Shown here one piece after another: positions 1 through 9,817 of a stretch of 64,000 nt of DNA. The DNA comes from a bacterium (GTDB lineage: Bacteria > Patescibacteriota > Minisyncoccia > Phycocordibacterales > UBA1006): assembly GCA_037144045.1 (NCBI GenBank), contig JBAWXN010000004.1, positions 2,839-66,838 on the forward strand, given 5' to 3'. The first letter of the stretch is position 1. Each line of letters starts with the position of its first letter. Made by a program: the position numbers and the translations under genes. The notes beneath the pieces are model-generated. The model was not told the DNA's origin and did not search any database. It saw only the letters and a program-made list of their open reading frames with translations.

Positions 1-152
1 GAAGAAAGTGACACTAATAATGTTCCTATTGCGAAAATTATGTTCCGGTACAATACTGATTTCAATTACGGATTCTTGCGGTGTGAATTACTCAACCCGA
101 AAGACACCGTCATCCTGAACAAGGACAGTGCCCAGAACTACATTAGAAAACA

Positions 153-764
153 ATGGGAATTGGTAATGGAAATTTCAAAACATTAAATAACCTTCAATAC
201 ATTCTTATGAACTATGGACGTAGAACAGATAAGATCCTTGCCTTCGAGCTCAATGGACGAAACGTATTTTGCGGCATAGATGCAACGCGAATAATTTTCT
301 CCCCTCAATTACACCTTGATTACTTACCTGAACAGCACTTTGGTGATCATCACGAAATTCAGAGCACTATGATTACCCTTGGGAGCGCAGAAGAACCAAC
401 CGCTGAAGGTATTATTGTTTTAGCAGGTAATCCAAAAGCGTGCACCGTTCTAGGATGGGACGAATTCTTTGCTGTGAGACCTACGATTACCGAACCGAGG
501 AAACGTACCACTTGGGATGCCTCATGGTTTTCACTTGGTGATTCTCTTGAAATTGTTAAGGATGACTGGGAAGAATCTGAATCATCAATGGACCACCTAC
601 TTTCACAGAGGACATTAGGTAGTTCATTTGCTGAAGTATTTTTCACTAATGAATCCATTATTAATCAGTTTACCGAGTTTTTCTCGATAACAGCTGCGGC
701 ACTAGGTGCTAAGAAAGTAATCTTTGAAACCTATCCCGGTGACTCCTTTAAAAAATTCTTTTAA
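153..764 (+). CDS. hypothetical protein; start uncertain and it overlaps the tail of a partial upstream ORF at 1..186
   Basis: 203 aa ORF with no recognisable motifs; the frame-1 ORF entering from the window edge ends at 186, so a frameshift or alternative start (M at 207) is possible. Confidence 0.35.
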   Translation: MGIGNGNFKTLNNLQYILMNYGRRTDKILAFELNGRNVFCGIDATRIIFSPQLHLDYLPEQHFGDHHEIQSTMITLGSAEEPTAEGIIVLAGNPKACTVLGWDEFFAVRPTITEPRKRTTWDASWFSLGDSLEIVKDDWEESESSMDHLLSQRTLGSSFAEVFFTNESIINQFTEFFSITAAALGAKKVIFETYPGDSFKKFF

Positions 765-1142
765 TATCGTGAGAGGCTGCTATGCAGCCTCTTTTTTTGT
801 TGTCCAAAAGCTATTACACACCCTCACTATTCACCCTCCTCTACGCTATTGTAGAACTGTGACTACTCATGTCTAGTACTGTGCTCCCTGGGTTCCAATA
901 CTTGTTGATATAAAACTGTTCTGAGTCCCACAATCCATTTTCAGCTTTAGCAACATATTTTTGCTGCGCAGCGTCTTCTGAATAAGCGGCAATTATTTGC
1001 TGTTTTAAGGCAACTTCTCGTGATGTGTCTGTATTCATACCATTAGCTTACGCCCATGTTCTTGTGTGTTTAATGGTATATAACAATGATTAGACAAATA
1101 AAAAACCCTATGCACTATGCATAGGGTTTAATAACTTTGAAA

Positions 1143-1586
1143 CTAATCCACATATCCAAGTTCCTCACGAAGCTTAGGATATTCATCGTTCCATTTTTTA
1201 ATTATTTTTTGGGCAAGTTCAGTACAAACTCTTCCTGTGGCGAGTTCCCGTATTTCGCACGTAAGCGGTAACGGTTCGTTCATTCCGAAATAAATTATTG
1301 GGATAACCTTTTTTCCTGATGTCATACTAATAGTTACCATACCCGGTGAACCCAAGAGCTGCTTAAGTGCTTGGTATAACTCTTCGGTAAAATCATCTTC
1401 AGAAATTACTTTTAATACTCCTAGATGACTTATTGACCCATTAATTCCACCACACACCGTACCAGGAACATTGGGAACTGAATAGGTTACTGAATAATAG
1501 TTTTTGGTACCAGGGATTAATCCAAGGATTGTCTTGATAAATTTAGGTATGCGCATTGTTACTCTTTTTACTATTATAGCATACAA
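1143..1586 (-). CDS. hypothetical protein
   Basis: 147 aa ORF followed downstream by a hairpin terminator at about 1106-1126; no motif recognised. Confidence 0.4.
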   Translation of the reverse strand: MYAIIVKRVTMRIPKFIKTILGLIPGTKNYYSVTYSVPNVPGTVCGGINGSISHLGVLKVISEDDFTEELYQALKQLLGSPGMVTISMTSGKKVIPIIYFGMNEPLPLTCEIRELATGRVCTELAQKIIKKWNDEYPKLREELGYVD

Positions 1587-1609
1587 TTTATTTTTGTCAA
1601 AATAAAACC

Positions 1610-2272
1610 TTAACCAGTAGCGTTGGTACTACTAATACCATGACGTGCAAAACGCACGTCTTTCTTGAGGAGTATCTGAGACAAATGAAATATGGTGTAC
1701 GTAATAAATACCGCAGAAGCAACATCAATGCTGTAGTGCAAATGACCAAGAAGTACAATAAGTGCAAACCCAGCAGACCAGCCAATAAATATCCACCGCA
1801 AACTTTTATATTCCCAGAAAATAAATGCCATCAGTAGTGGAAACCCGGTATGACCCGAGAAAAACAAATCTCCTTTAAATGAAAAAATGCTCAATAAATT
1901 AGTTGCAGGAACTGATACCGCATCTGCATAAGGACCAATCTGGGTAAGGTTAATAAATACCGATCGAATTAAAATAAATAATGCTCCTGTTTTTAACGTA
2001 AAGGGTAGCTTTTGAAGGTGCGACATATACACGAACATACTAAATATCCAGAAAACGAGCGATCCGTAAATAAACAAACCCGCAACAGGAACCACAGGAA
2101 TATTACTCAGGAAAACATCACCCACAGCAATTCCTGCATGGTCACTGGCATAGGTTCCTGCAAAATAATTAACAACAAGTGCAATACCAAAAAGAACCAT
2201 CGCCTCGACGAGCGATATAACAAACTCTTTGTTATCAAAAAAACGCATTTGTCTATCAATAAAACTTTTCAT
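1610..2272 (-). CDS. PAP2-family membrane phosphatase
   Basis: 220 aa with multiple TM helices; PAP2 signature elements SGH (SGHTGFP) and HxxxD (GHLHYSIDV). Confidence 0.6.
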   Translation of the reverse strand: MKSFIDRQMRFFDNKEFVISLVEAMVLFGIALVVNYFAGTYASDHAGIAVGDVFLSNIPVVPVAGLFIYGSLVFWIFSMFVYMSHLQKLPFTLKTGALFILIRSVFINLTQIGPYADAVSVPATNLLSIFSFKGDLFFSGHTGFPLLMAFIFWEYKSLRWIFIGWSAGFALIVLLGHLHYSIDVASAVFITYTIFHLSQILLKKDVRFARHGISSTNATG

Positions 2273-2376
2273 ACTACTAGTATACCCTTTTTAAGCTTAA
2301 TGAACTATAAAAAAACTTGACAAGTTAAGGAATAATGATATATTACTAATCACTATTTGTTCATCAAAATCTCGTT

Positions 2377-3216
2377 ATGAAAAACAACATTAGCCACACC
2401 GTGGCCTTTTTTCCCATTCTTCAAGCGCTGCGCGAACTCAATGCGGCAGGTGTTGCTGATTCGTTTATTGGTAACACTCCGGAACATGATTCCCTCCTAA
2501 GTATGCTTCCTTTAATAGACGGCTTCCGCCCATTTCCTGAGGAACAACTGAAGACATTTATTGCTAAGGATGTTGAACGTATTAACGCCTTTCTTAAATC
2601 ACGTGTTTTCGATATTCAACTAAGCGCTCCACTCGATTTAGGTATTGTGGTAATTATGGATTTACTCGGCACCTGGATGAAACCAGGTAATGAAGCAACC
2701 ATTACTCGCAACAATCAACCCTACCCTGCGGTACGCTTAGAAGATTGTACTGTTTTACAGACTTCTGATCATGGTCAAATAATTCGTATTGAGACCAAAG
2801 AAGGTTTTACGGTACACATCCAACCTCATGCAGAAGAACGCTCAGGTAATTTATTATTTGAGCATATTATTAAAGTACAAAGCGCTAATACCACTAACAA
2901 TGAATCATGCACCGTTACCGTTCCGTTAGTACTCATGAACGAACAGCCTGATGTATCTTGGGTGGCAGGAATACAAACTGTTGGTTCTGATCCGCTTACG
3001 ATTACCCAAGTGCTGCAACAAAATAAACTTGCACTCACTACTAACGGTATCCGTGCCCAAAGTGCTGTTGCAATGGCACTACGTAAAGGAATCAGTATGG
3101 ATAAGCGGATTATCATTAATGAGCCTTTCAATTTGTGGATTACCCACAAAAACCAAGTACTTCCCTTGTTCGGTGCTTATATTGCACCTGATACCTGGAA
3201 AAATCCTGAAGCGTAA
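2377..3216 (+). CDS. hypothetical protein
   Basis: 279 aa ORF with an ATG start and a hairpin plus T-run terminator at 3241-3267. Confidence 0.5.
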   Translation: MKNNISHTVAFFPILQALRELNAAGVADSFIGNTPEHDSLLSMLPLIDGFRPFPEEQLKTFIAKDVERINAFLKSRVFDIQLSAPLDLGIVVIMDLLGTWMKPGNEATITRNNQPYPAVRLEDCTVLQTSDHGQIIRIETKEGFTVHIQPHAEERSGNLLFEHIIKVQSANTTNNESCTVTVPLVLMNEQPDVSWVAGIQTVGSDPLTITQVLQQNKLALTTNGIRAQSAVAMALRKGISMDKRIIINEPFNLWITHKNQVLPLFGAYIAPDTWKNPEA

Positions 3217-3240
3217 TCATTCATAACACATTACTTATTT

Positions 3241-3267
3241 CCCAGCTATCACGGCTGGGATTTTTTT
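3241..3267 (+). terminator. rho-independent terminator for the 2377..3216 gene
   Basis: Hairpin cccagctatcacggctggg followed by a T-run. Confidence 0.6.
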
Positions 3268-3277
3268 ATAAAAAAAA

Positions 3278-3294
3278 TCCGCTCAATGAGCGGA
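3278..3294 (-). terminator. rho-independent terminator for the PhoH-like gene
   Basis: Hairpin tccgctcaatgagcgga; the preceding A-run on plus is a T-run on minus. Confidence 0.55.
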
Positions 3295-3314
3295 TTGTTT
3301 AGGTTATTAAATTG

Positions 3315-4664
3315 TTATTTCATAAGCGCAGCATGACGGGAAACTGATCCACGTTCATTTGCTTTTAAGGTAATGTGTGCAGCTTCAGGGAAATCTATGA
3401 ATAACTTGATTGCTTTAGCCATACCATTTGAACGAGCGTCCAGGTACGCATCATCAATCTGTTTATTATCACCCATCACCGCGACTTTAGAATTGTCGGA
3501 AACACGAGTCAACAACATTTTCATTGCATGGGTTGTTGTATTTTGCGCCTCATCAATGATAAAGAATACACGATCAAGGGTTTTACCCCTCATTAAGTCA
3601 AAAGGAATTGCTTCGATTTTTTCTTTTAAGATGTCTTCGAACTCCTTAAACTTTTTCTTATCTTTTGCGAAGTATGGCGCTGCAAGGCGCTTAATGGCGG
3701 CAATATTATCATAGACACCACCCATGTACGGTGATATTTTTTGACTCGCATCGCCAGGCAATGCGCCAAGCCCTTCACCATCAACAGCGGTCATTGCGCG
3801 AGTAATGATGATCTTGTCATACTTACCGTCAATAATCCCCATGATACCTGCAAGAATTGATAAGAACGTCTTGCCACAACCTGCTTCGCCTTGCAAGGAA
3901 ACAAATTTAATTTCAGGATTGAATAAAGCCCAAGCAGCGGCAACCTGTTCGATATTCCTTGTTGAAATACCGAGGCGATTCTGCTTTAGCATTTCAATAC
4001 GCTCAAAACTAAATTCCTTAGCTTTTCTGCGTAATACCCATACTCCATCCTTGTCGCCTTCAACAATAAAAAACCTGTTAGCAACTTTCTGGTCTGGGTT
4101 CAGTAGTGGGATTGCTGGTTTAGTAGCAACCACTTCATCGCCCTGATAGCATGGAGCAATATCACGTTCATAATATTCAGTATCAATATTCATTGCTGCA
4201 GCCTGCAAACGCAGTGACTTGTCCTTAGTTACTAAAAAGACCTTTTTATATATTGAACGCATCTTCAAACACGTTGCAATAATTTGAGTTCCTGTGGTCT
4301 TACCATCGGGGTGCGTAGTAAACACTTTAGAGGTTTGCTCTACCATATCCACATGCAGCATATGATCAGTACCAGGAATATTAATGCCACCATTGAAACG
4401 CGGGTGCATTCCAAGGAGTTCAGTAATTTTTTCAAGTACCTCACCAGCTATGTGTTGGATGGCAGGCCTCCGACCGTTACCCTGTAAACGACCCAGTTCA
4501 GCAAGCACTCCAATAGGAAGCCTTACATCCGATCGTTTACCCAATTCACTGATAGCATCAGGATCATCAATAAGAAGGCTTGTGTCAATAACACGGCATT
4601 CTTTTTTCTTGGCTTGGGATTTTCTAGAATTACTAGAAACACTTTCTTTTTCTTTAGCGCTCAA
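3315..4664 (-). CDS. PhoH-like ATPase with N-terminal PIN domain (YlaK-like)
   Basis: 449 aa; N-terminal PIN-like region (VIDTSLLIDDP); Walker A GEAGCGKTF and the PhoH core in the C-terminal half. Confidence 0.8.
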   Translation of the reverse strand: MSAKEKESVSSNSRKSQAKKKECRVIDTSLLIDDPDAISELGKRSDVRLPIGVLAELGRLQGNGRRPAIQHIAGEVLEKITELLGMHPRFNGGINIPGTDHMLHVDMVEQTSKVFTTHPDGKTTGTQIIATCLKMRSIYKKVFLVTKDKSLRLQAAAMNIDTEYYERDIAPCYQGDEVVATKPAIPLLNPDQKVANRFFIVEGDKDGVWVLRRKAKEFSFERIEMLKQNRLGISTRNIEQVAAAWALFNPEIKFVSLQGEAGCGKTFLSILAGIMGIIDGKYDKIIITRAMTAVDGEGLGALPGDASQKISPYMGGVYDNIAAIKRLAAPYFAKDKKKFKEFEDILKEKIEAIPFDLMRGKTLDRVFFIIDEAQNTTTHAMKMLLTRVSDNSKVAVMGDNKQIDDAYLDARSNGMAKAIKLFIDFPEAAHITLKANERGSVSRHAALMK

Positions 4665-4761
4665 AGTATTAAATTTAAAAGGTTACGAAATACACTCAAC
4701 CAACAACGGTCTTACCTGTAGTAATATCATTTTTTGCCTTTGAGTGCAAGATACTAAAAAA

Positions 4762-4776
4762 AGCCCCGAAGGGGCT
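4762..4776 (-). terminator. rho-independent terminator for the 4790..5371 gene
   Basis: Hairpin agccccgaaggggct with a T-run on the minus strand. Confidence 0.55.
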
Positions 4777-4789
4777 CTGATTATTAATT

Positions 4790-5371
4790 TCAATTACTAT
4801 ACACCAGGGAGTTTTTTTGGGTTGGTAATTCAGGAGTCTTGGTGAACAATGCTCCAAAATCAGAAACCTTACATACTTTAAACTCATAAGCACTCATGTG
4901 AATAAATTCATCTGAATCATGTTCGGTGATAAACACTAACAGATTACTCAACAATTCCTGCTTTTGGTCTGAAAGGATCAGAGCTGTGATAACTTGAATA
5001 GCTATCAGGTTTTCTACCTCATGATCTTGATAGTCATTATACGGCAACCTGAAGACTTCATCGAAAAGCAGGGTGCTTTGTGGAACCACTTGATCATTGC
5101 CTTGGTAAATAACGGTAAGGTTAAGATTGTCTTGTAAGTCTACTAACGATGGCAGCCACTGCTCAACGAGTTGATGTTGAGCCATTTTTTTTCGATTCCC
5201 TATTTCATGCGAATACGTTTCAGCAATTACTTTTTTACCATTATTACTTTCCAAAAATTGATTGATATAATACCGAGCATCAATGCGCAGCTGAAGCCTG
5301 CGGATAAAACGAAGAATTCCTATCATGGCTAGGTTTTTTGAAATACTACCAAATAGCATCACTTTGGTCAA
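4790..5371 (-). CDS. hypothetical protein
   Basis: 193 aa ORF with its own terminator; no motif recognised. Confidence 0.45.
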   Translation of the reverse strand: MTKVMLFGSISKNLAMIGILRFIRRLQLRIDARYYINQFLESNNGKKVIAETYSHEIGNRKKMAQHQLVEQWLPSLVDLQDNLNLTVIYQGNDQVVPQSTLLFDEVFRLPYNDYQDHEVENLIAIQVITALILSDQKQELLSNLLVFITEHDSDEFIHMSAYEFKVCKVSDFGALFTKTPELPTQKNSLVYSN

Positions 5372-5456
5372 CGCACTACCCTAGATTGTTTATTGAGCTT
5401 TTCTTGACCATAGACATGTACACTATGGATAAATTCTTCATTTAAAACAACATATC

Positions 5457-6914
5457 ATGAAAAAAATCTTACTCTGTATTATCGCAGTCATGCATTTAGT
5501 TAATCTATCAGGACAACTACTTGTGATTAATGGTCCATTAATTATTTCTCATGATACTCTATTTGTTCACGGAACAATTAGAGTATCACCACTTGGGTAT
5601 TACCAAAATAATTCAGGAGTATGCTTGAATACTGATAGCATTGTTAACAATGGTATTTTTATATCACTGGGAACGCAAATCACCTCAGGTAGTTCTCATC
5701 AAACCATTTCCGGTAATTTTTTTGGAATAAACTATCTAGGGAGGCTCATTAAAAACAACCAAGGAATCCTCGCTGTTTCGCAAAATGCACGCGCTCAATC
5801 CTTAGACGTTAAAACTGATGGAAATATCGCTATTGCCGATAATCAAACTCTTTTAATTGATAACACATTCGTTAACAGTATCACGGGTTGTACTTCAGCT
5901 AGATATATTAGTTTAGGTAGCTCAAGTACTCTTAAGCGGTTTGTGTCAGACACGTCATTGAATAGTTCTTATCTATTCCCTATTGGTAATACGGTCACTG
6001 GCTATGCGCCACTATCGATCAAACTTAACTCACTTGGCAGCACCGGACCCAACTCTATCACCGCAGCACTTCACCTTGATTCTGTGAGCTCGGTTTCATT
6101 TTCCAAACCTCTTCCTTTGTGTTCATTAAGTCAATCTCAATATTTACATGTGAACTGTATAGAAAAATTTCATTGGCTATTAACCGGACCAAGTGATTAC
6201 AAGTATTCACTAGAAACATCAAAGGTACCTCTGTGTGGGTTATCACCCCATCGTATTATTACCACAACACCAGGAAATAATAACTGGAATACCACTATTG
6301 AAAACACTGCAGGAGTGGTAGTCGAAGATTTATGTAACTTTACCCAATGGGATGATAATCAATCATTTGTTTCTGGTGGCACTTATCAAGGACTTACCGT
6401 GTGCGCAACTATTGCCAGTAATATCGGAACGCTGTTACCTGTTACATTAGTTTCTTTTACTGCACATCCTATTAATAACCAATCAATCCAACTTAATTGG
6501 ATTACTGCTTCTGAATTAAATAATGATAAATTTCTTGTAACTCGTAGCGATAATGGCTATTCTTTTGAACCAATTGGTGAAATATTAGGAAATGGAACTA
6601 GTACTCAAACACATTCTTATACCTACCTTGATACCAACGTACTAATAAATCAAACTTATTATTATCAACTGATTCAAACTGATTATGACAGTCATACTGA
6701 AAAATCAATTATCGTCTCTGCACAGATAGCGGGAACTACAATCCCTATCACCGTAACCATTACTAACCTTATCGGTCAAATAGTCACCGAGTACGAAATA
6801 CCTTATTATGCCGACCCATTCCAAAATCTGAGAGTACCCCACCAATCTACGCTTTACGTGGTAACTGGAACACAGGGAACCATTCGTTCCACAAGGCGCG
6901 TATTCATACCTTGA
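5457..6914 (+). CDS. secreted Ser/Thr/Asn-rich protein with C-terminal beta-sandwich-like domains
   Basis: 485 aa; N-terminal signal peptide (MKKILLCIIAVMHLVNLSG); C-terminal segment LVSFTA..LNW.T.SE.NN.KF.V.RS.NG.SF..IG followed by a short tail resembling a sorting domain. Confidence 0.55.
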   Translation: MKKILLCIIAVMHLVNLSGQLLVINGPLIISHDTLFVHGTIRVSPLGYYQNNSGVCLNTDSIVNNGIFISLGTQITSGSSHQTISGNFFGINYLGRLIKNNQGILAVSQNARAQSLDVKTDGNIAIADNQTLLIDNTFVNSITGCTSARYISLGSSSTLKRFVSDTSLNSSYLFPIGNTVTGYAPLSIKLNSLGSTGPNSITAALHLDSVSSVSFSKPLPLCSLSQSQYLHVNCIEKFHWLLTGPSDYKYSLETSKVPLCGLSPHRIITTTPGNNNWNTTIENTAGVVVEDLCNFTQWDDNQSFVSGGTYQGLTVCATIASNIGTLLPVTLVSFTAHPINNQSIQLNWITASELNNDKFLVTRSDNGYSFEPIGEILGNGTSTQTHSYTYLDTNVLINQTYYYQLIQTDYDSHTEKSIIVSAQIAGTTIPITVTITNLIGQIVTEYEIPYYADPFQNLRVPHQSTLYVVTGTQGTIRSTRRVFIP

Positions 6915-6989
6915 ATTACTATACCAATGGTTGACTAATTAATAATTTGTGATATATTTTATTCGACAACATTCTTTAATTTTTAACCA

Positions 6990-7715
6990 GTGTATATGGA
7001 AAACAGAACGATTCTCCTCGTTGAGGACGGTGAACCAATTATTAGAATATGGATGGAACTCTTTAAAGAGATTCCTTACATTGTTCCCGTGTTTGTAAAA
7101 ACAATTACAGATGCGCGTGAGGCTCTTAAAAAAATCCAATTCGATGCTATTTTTCTTGACGGCACCCTTGATGCCAAAGAAAAATTTTCTCCAGAACCTG
7201 AAACCTTACCACTATTTTTGGAAATATGGAAACAATATACCGGTAAAATATTTTCTATAACCGATAATAATGGTTATATAGAAATTATGAAAGGATATGG
7301 TATTAATCACGTCTTAAAAGAAGACGTGCCTGATTTCGCAGCAGTTTTGTTTAAGGAAACTCCACTAAGTCTTGTTCCACGTACGAGTTTTTATGAAATT
7401 AAACCAGGAGCACTCCTCGTGGTACAACTCATGAAAAACGAAATTCTTACGCACCATAAAACCTACATTGCGGAGATTGTCTCTACTGGTCCACTCTTAT
7501 TAAAAATTTACGAAGGAATTACTCCTTTCAAACCAGGAAGCTATCGCATTTTGGAAACTGCATCACGCCTTATTCAGGGTACTCTTGTTGAACAAAATGC
7601 GCTTTGTAGGGATTACGCACGTAGTGAGCAAGGCCCCCTCCAATCAGGAATTAGCCTTTTCGGAGGAAAATTAGGAGACGTACTTTCTTTTCCTAATCTA
7701 ACAGAAGCTGTATAA
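6990..7715 (+). CDS. orphan receiver (REC) domain protein with an unknown C-terminal domain
   Basis: 241 aa; residues 5-115 align to CheY-like REC (LLVEDGEP, phospho-acceptor D in AIFLDGTL, T in FSITD, K in HVLKE); no histidine kinase or DNA-binding domain nearby. Confidence 0.5.
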   Translation: MYMENRTILLVEDGEPIIRIWMELFKEIPYIVPVFVKTITDAREALKKIQFDAIFLDGTLDAKEKFSPEPETLPLFLEIWKQYTGKIFSITDNNGYIEIMKGYGINHVLKEDVPDFAAVLFKETPLSLVPRTSFYEIKPGALLVVQLMKNEILTHHKTYIAEIVSTGPLLLKIYEGITPFKPGSYRILETASRLIQGTLVEQNALCRDYARSEQGPLQSGISLFGGKLGDVLSFPNLTEAV

Positions 7716-7742
7716 GCTCTCACTGATTTACCCTATCAAAAA

Positions 7743-7760
7743 CCCTAGGCATGCCTAGGG
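7743..7760. terminator. bidirectional hairpin terminator between the REC gene and uvrC-like
   Basis: Perfect palindrome ccctaggcatgcctaggg flanked by an A-run and a T-run. Confidence 0.55.
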
Positions 7761-7761
7761 T

Positions 7762-9006
7762 TTATTTTTGTAAAAATTTTTTTGCGCGTACTTGTTTATG
7801 AAATGTAATTGCAAAACGATGTGCTTCACTATTAGCAAGAAGAATATCGCGTTTATATTTTTTGATGATTACCTCATCACCATGAATTGCTTTTGGTTTG
7901 TGGCGCTCATCTTTAATGACAGCAACAATCGTCGTTGCAACATTCATTTCTTTAACGACTTCTTGAGCAATACCATACTGCCCAAGCCCACCATCAATTA
8001 CCACGACGTAAGGGTTCTGCCATTCTGGATGGTTAAATCTGCGAGTAAGCATTTCTCGGAGGTTGCCGTAATCATCATTACCCTTTCCTGATTTAATAGT
8101 AAATTTTTTATATTCTGACTTATCTACCTGACCATCAGTAATCACCGTCATGACCCCAACAGTACTGGTTCCACCATGATGTGCAATGTCATAGGCCTCA
8201 ATGCGCGTGCCCTTGCTTGATATATCGTGTCGATCATCTTTAATAAGTGCGACATCATTAATATGATTCAGCGCAAATATTTTTCGCTTAATAATTTCCG
8301 CAGCCTCAAATGCTAAATGCTTTGCATGGGTATGCATAGCGCGTTCAAGGTCTTTAATAATTTTAGTCTTTTTTCCTTCAAAAAATAATTTAATATTGGT
8401 AATATTTTTTAGATATTCAGCACGTGCAGCACTATCAGATGTATCTGGCGACAATCCTAACTGCTTATAGAAGCGTTCATTTTCAGGGCTGTCCGCACGA
8501 AAATCACGAAACGGAAAAATGCCACGAATTATTTTAAGCGCATCACGCAGTGAACCACCATTCGGATATGGTCCAAAGGTATATTTAATTTTTCCATTGA
8601 AGTTAATACGCGAAATTCGCCCAGTGATTTCCATAACTTTTAAATCACGTGAACGTACAATCATTACTCGTGGCCACAATTCGTCACTGATAATCACTTG
8701 GCAAAAACTCTTATTGTCTTTTTCTTTAACGTTATACTTAGGTTGATATTTTTTAATAAGATTAGCTTCAAGGATGAGCGCTTCAAGCACTGAATCCGTT
8801 TGCTGGTATTCAACCGTAGTAGCCTGTACCGTCATGTCTAAAATACTCGGCCCGCGAGTATCGATAATATCTTTTGAAAAATAACTCCGCACGCGATCGC
8901 GCAGACTAGTTGCTTTTCCAATATACAGAATTTCTTTACCTTTTTTCCAGAAATAGACCCCTGGAGTATCTGGTAATTGTAATCGTACCAAATCTTGACT
9001 TTTCAT
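7762..9006 (-). CDS. uvrC: UvrC-like excinuclease subunit (GIY-YIG, UVR and RNase H-like domains) lacking the C-terminal HhH domain
   Basis: 414 aa; N-terminal GIY-YIG (GVYFW..ILYIGKA), UvrB-interaction motif (LERAMHTHAKHLAFEAAEIIKRK), RNase H-like endonuclease region (YDIAHHGGTSTVG...VVVIDGGLGQ); it ends without (HhH)2. Confidence 0.8.
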   Translation of the reverse strand: MKSQDLVRLQLPDTPGVYFWKKGKEILYIGKATSLRDRVRSYFSKDIIDTRGPSILDMTVQATTVEYQQTDSVLEALILEANLIKKYQPKYNVKEKDNKSFCQVIISDELWPRVMIVRSRDLKVMEITGRISRINFNGKIKYTFGPYPNGGSLRDALKIIRGIFPFRDFRADSPENERFYKQLGLSPDTSDSAARAEYLKNITNIKLFFEGKKTKIIKDLERAMHTHAKHLAFEAAEIIKRKIFALNHINDVALIKDDRHDISSKGTRIEAYDIAHHGGTSTVGVMTVITDGQVDKSEYKKFTIKSGKGNDDYGNLREMLTRRFNHPEWQNPYVVVIDGGLGQYGIAQEVVKEMNVATTIVAVIKDERHKPKAIHGDEVIIKKYKRDILLANSEAHRFAITFHKQVRAKKFLQK

Positions 9007-9048
9007 ATAAATATGCTATAGTATATCAGAACAAAAACAAAAAACAAG

Positions 9049-9792
9049 ATGCCGCATATAGAAATCTCTTACTCAATTATTTTAGTTATTTGGGCAAGTT
9101 ATGTACTTAGTGGCCTAGTTAAGCTCGCTAAGCTCTACTTTGAAAAGAAGGCTACTATTGCCCCAATAGCTTCCTTATCTGGAAGACATCGCTCCGCTGG
9201 CTTATTACTACGAGTTCTTGCAAAAAAGTATCAATTCAATGCTATTTTTATCGGAAGAAAAGAAGCTGCTTATCAAGAAGCAACTGCATACTTTACCTAT
9301 TCTGAAAATAGCGTATCACTTCTTGGAGATTATTATAAGAATATGGACGCGCAAAAAACATTTATTGTGTTCCATGAATTTGGACACGTACTTTTTCAAC
9401 ACTACCTATGGAGACTTATTGAAGATCCATGCAGATCCTGGTTTACTTTTATTACTCAGGACGGTAGTAATAAATTTTTCTTTTTATTTTTTATTAACGC
9501 AGGTTCGTTTGGGATGCCGCTTATATCAATACTGTCATTACTTACTTTTATAAACATCCCTATCCTTATTGTTTTTATCGACGAGATCATAGCATCTACG
9601 TTGGGAACCATTGCTATGTATCGCCACTGCAATCTTTCAAGGAAGCAACTGTTTGCAAGTAGTGCGTTTTATACTTTTGCACTCTCAACCTATGTTGAAT
9701 CACTAAATAAAGTATACCAAACTGGATTTGTACTCTACTTCGCTACCATACTCTTTAAACAAGTATTACAGCAACTTAATTTATTTACATAA
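9049..9792 (+). CDS. membrane protein with an HExxH zinc-metallopeptidase motif
   Basis: 247 aa; TM segments and an FHEFGHVLFQH motif; followed by a hairpin terminator at 9793-9814. Confidence 0.45.
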   Translation: MPHIEISYSIILVIWASYVLSGLVKLAKLYFEKKATIAPIASLSGRHRSAGLLLRVLAKKYQFNAIFIGRKEAAYQEATAYFTYSENSVSLLGDYYKNMDAQKTFIVFHEFGHVLFQHYLWRLIEDPCRSWFTFITQDGSNKFFFLFFINAGSFGMPLISILSLLTFINIPILIVFIDEIIASTLGTIAMYRHCNLSRKQLFASSAFYTFALSTYVESLNKVYQTGFVLYFATILFKQVLQQLNLFT

Positions 9793-9817
9793 ATGCCACC
9801 TATAAAGGTGGCATTTT

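Noticed and set aside
841-1038. 65 aa minus-strand ORF in the 764-1143 intergenic region
   Set aside because: It has no recognisable motif and is unsupported by an RBS or terminator. It could be a real small protein but the evidence is insufficient.
5457-6914. C-terminal domain of the 485 aa secreted protein resembles Bacteroidetes T9SS-type sorting domains
   Set aside because: No T9SS components are seen in the window. The gene content (RNase J, YknXYZ-like exporter, monoderm-style PG-binding proteins) does not fit a Bacteroidetes genome, and the similarity is short and pattern-level only. It is reported only as a beta-sandwich or sorting-like tail.
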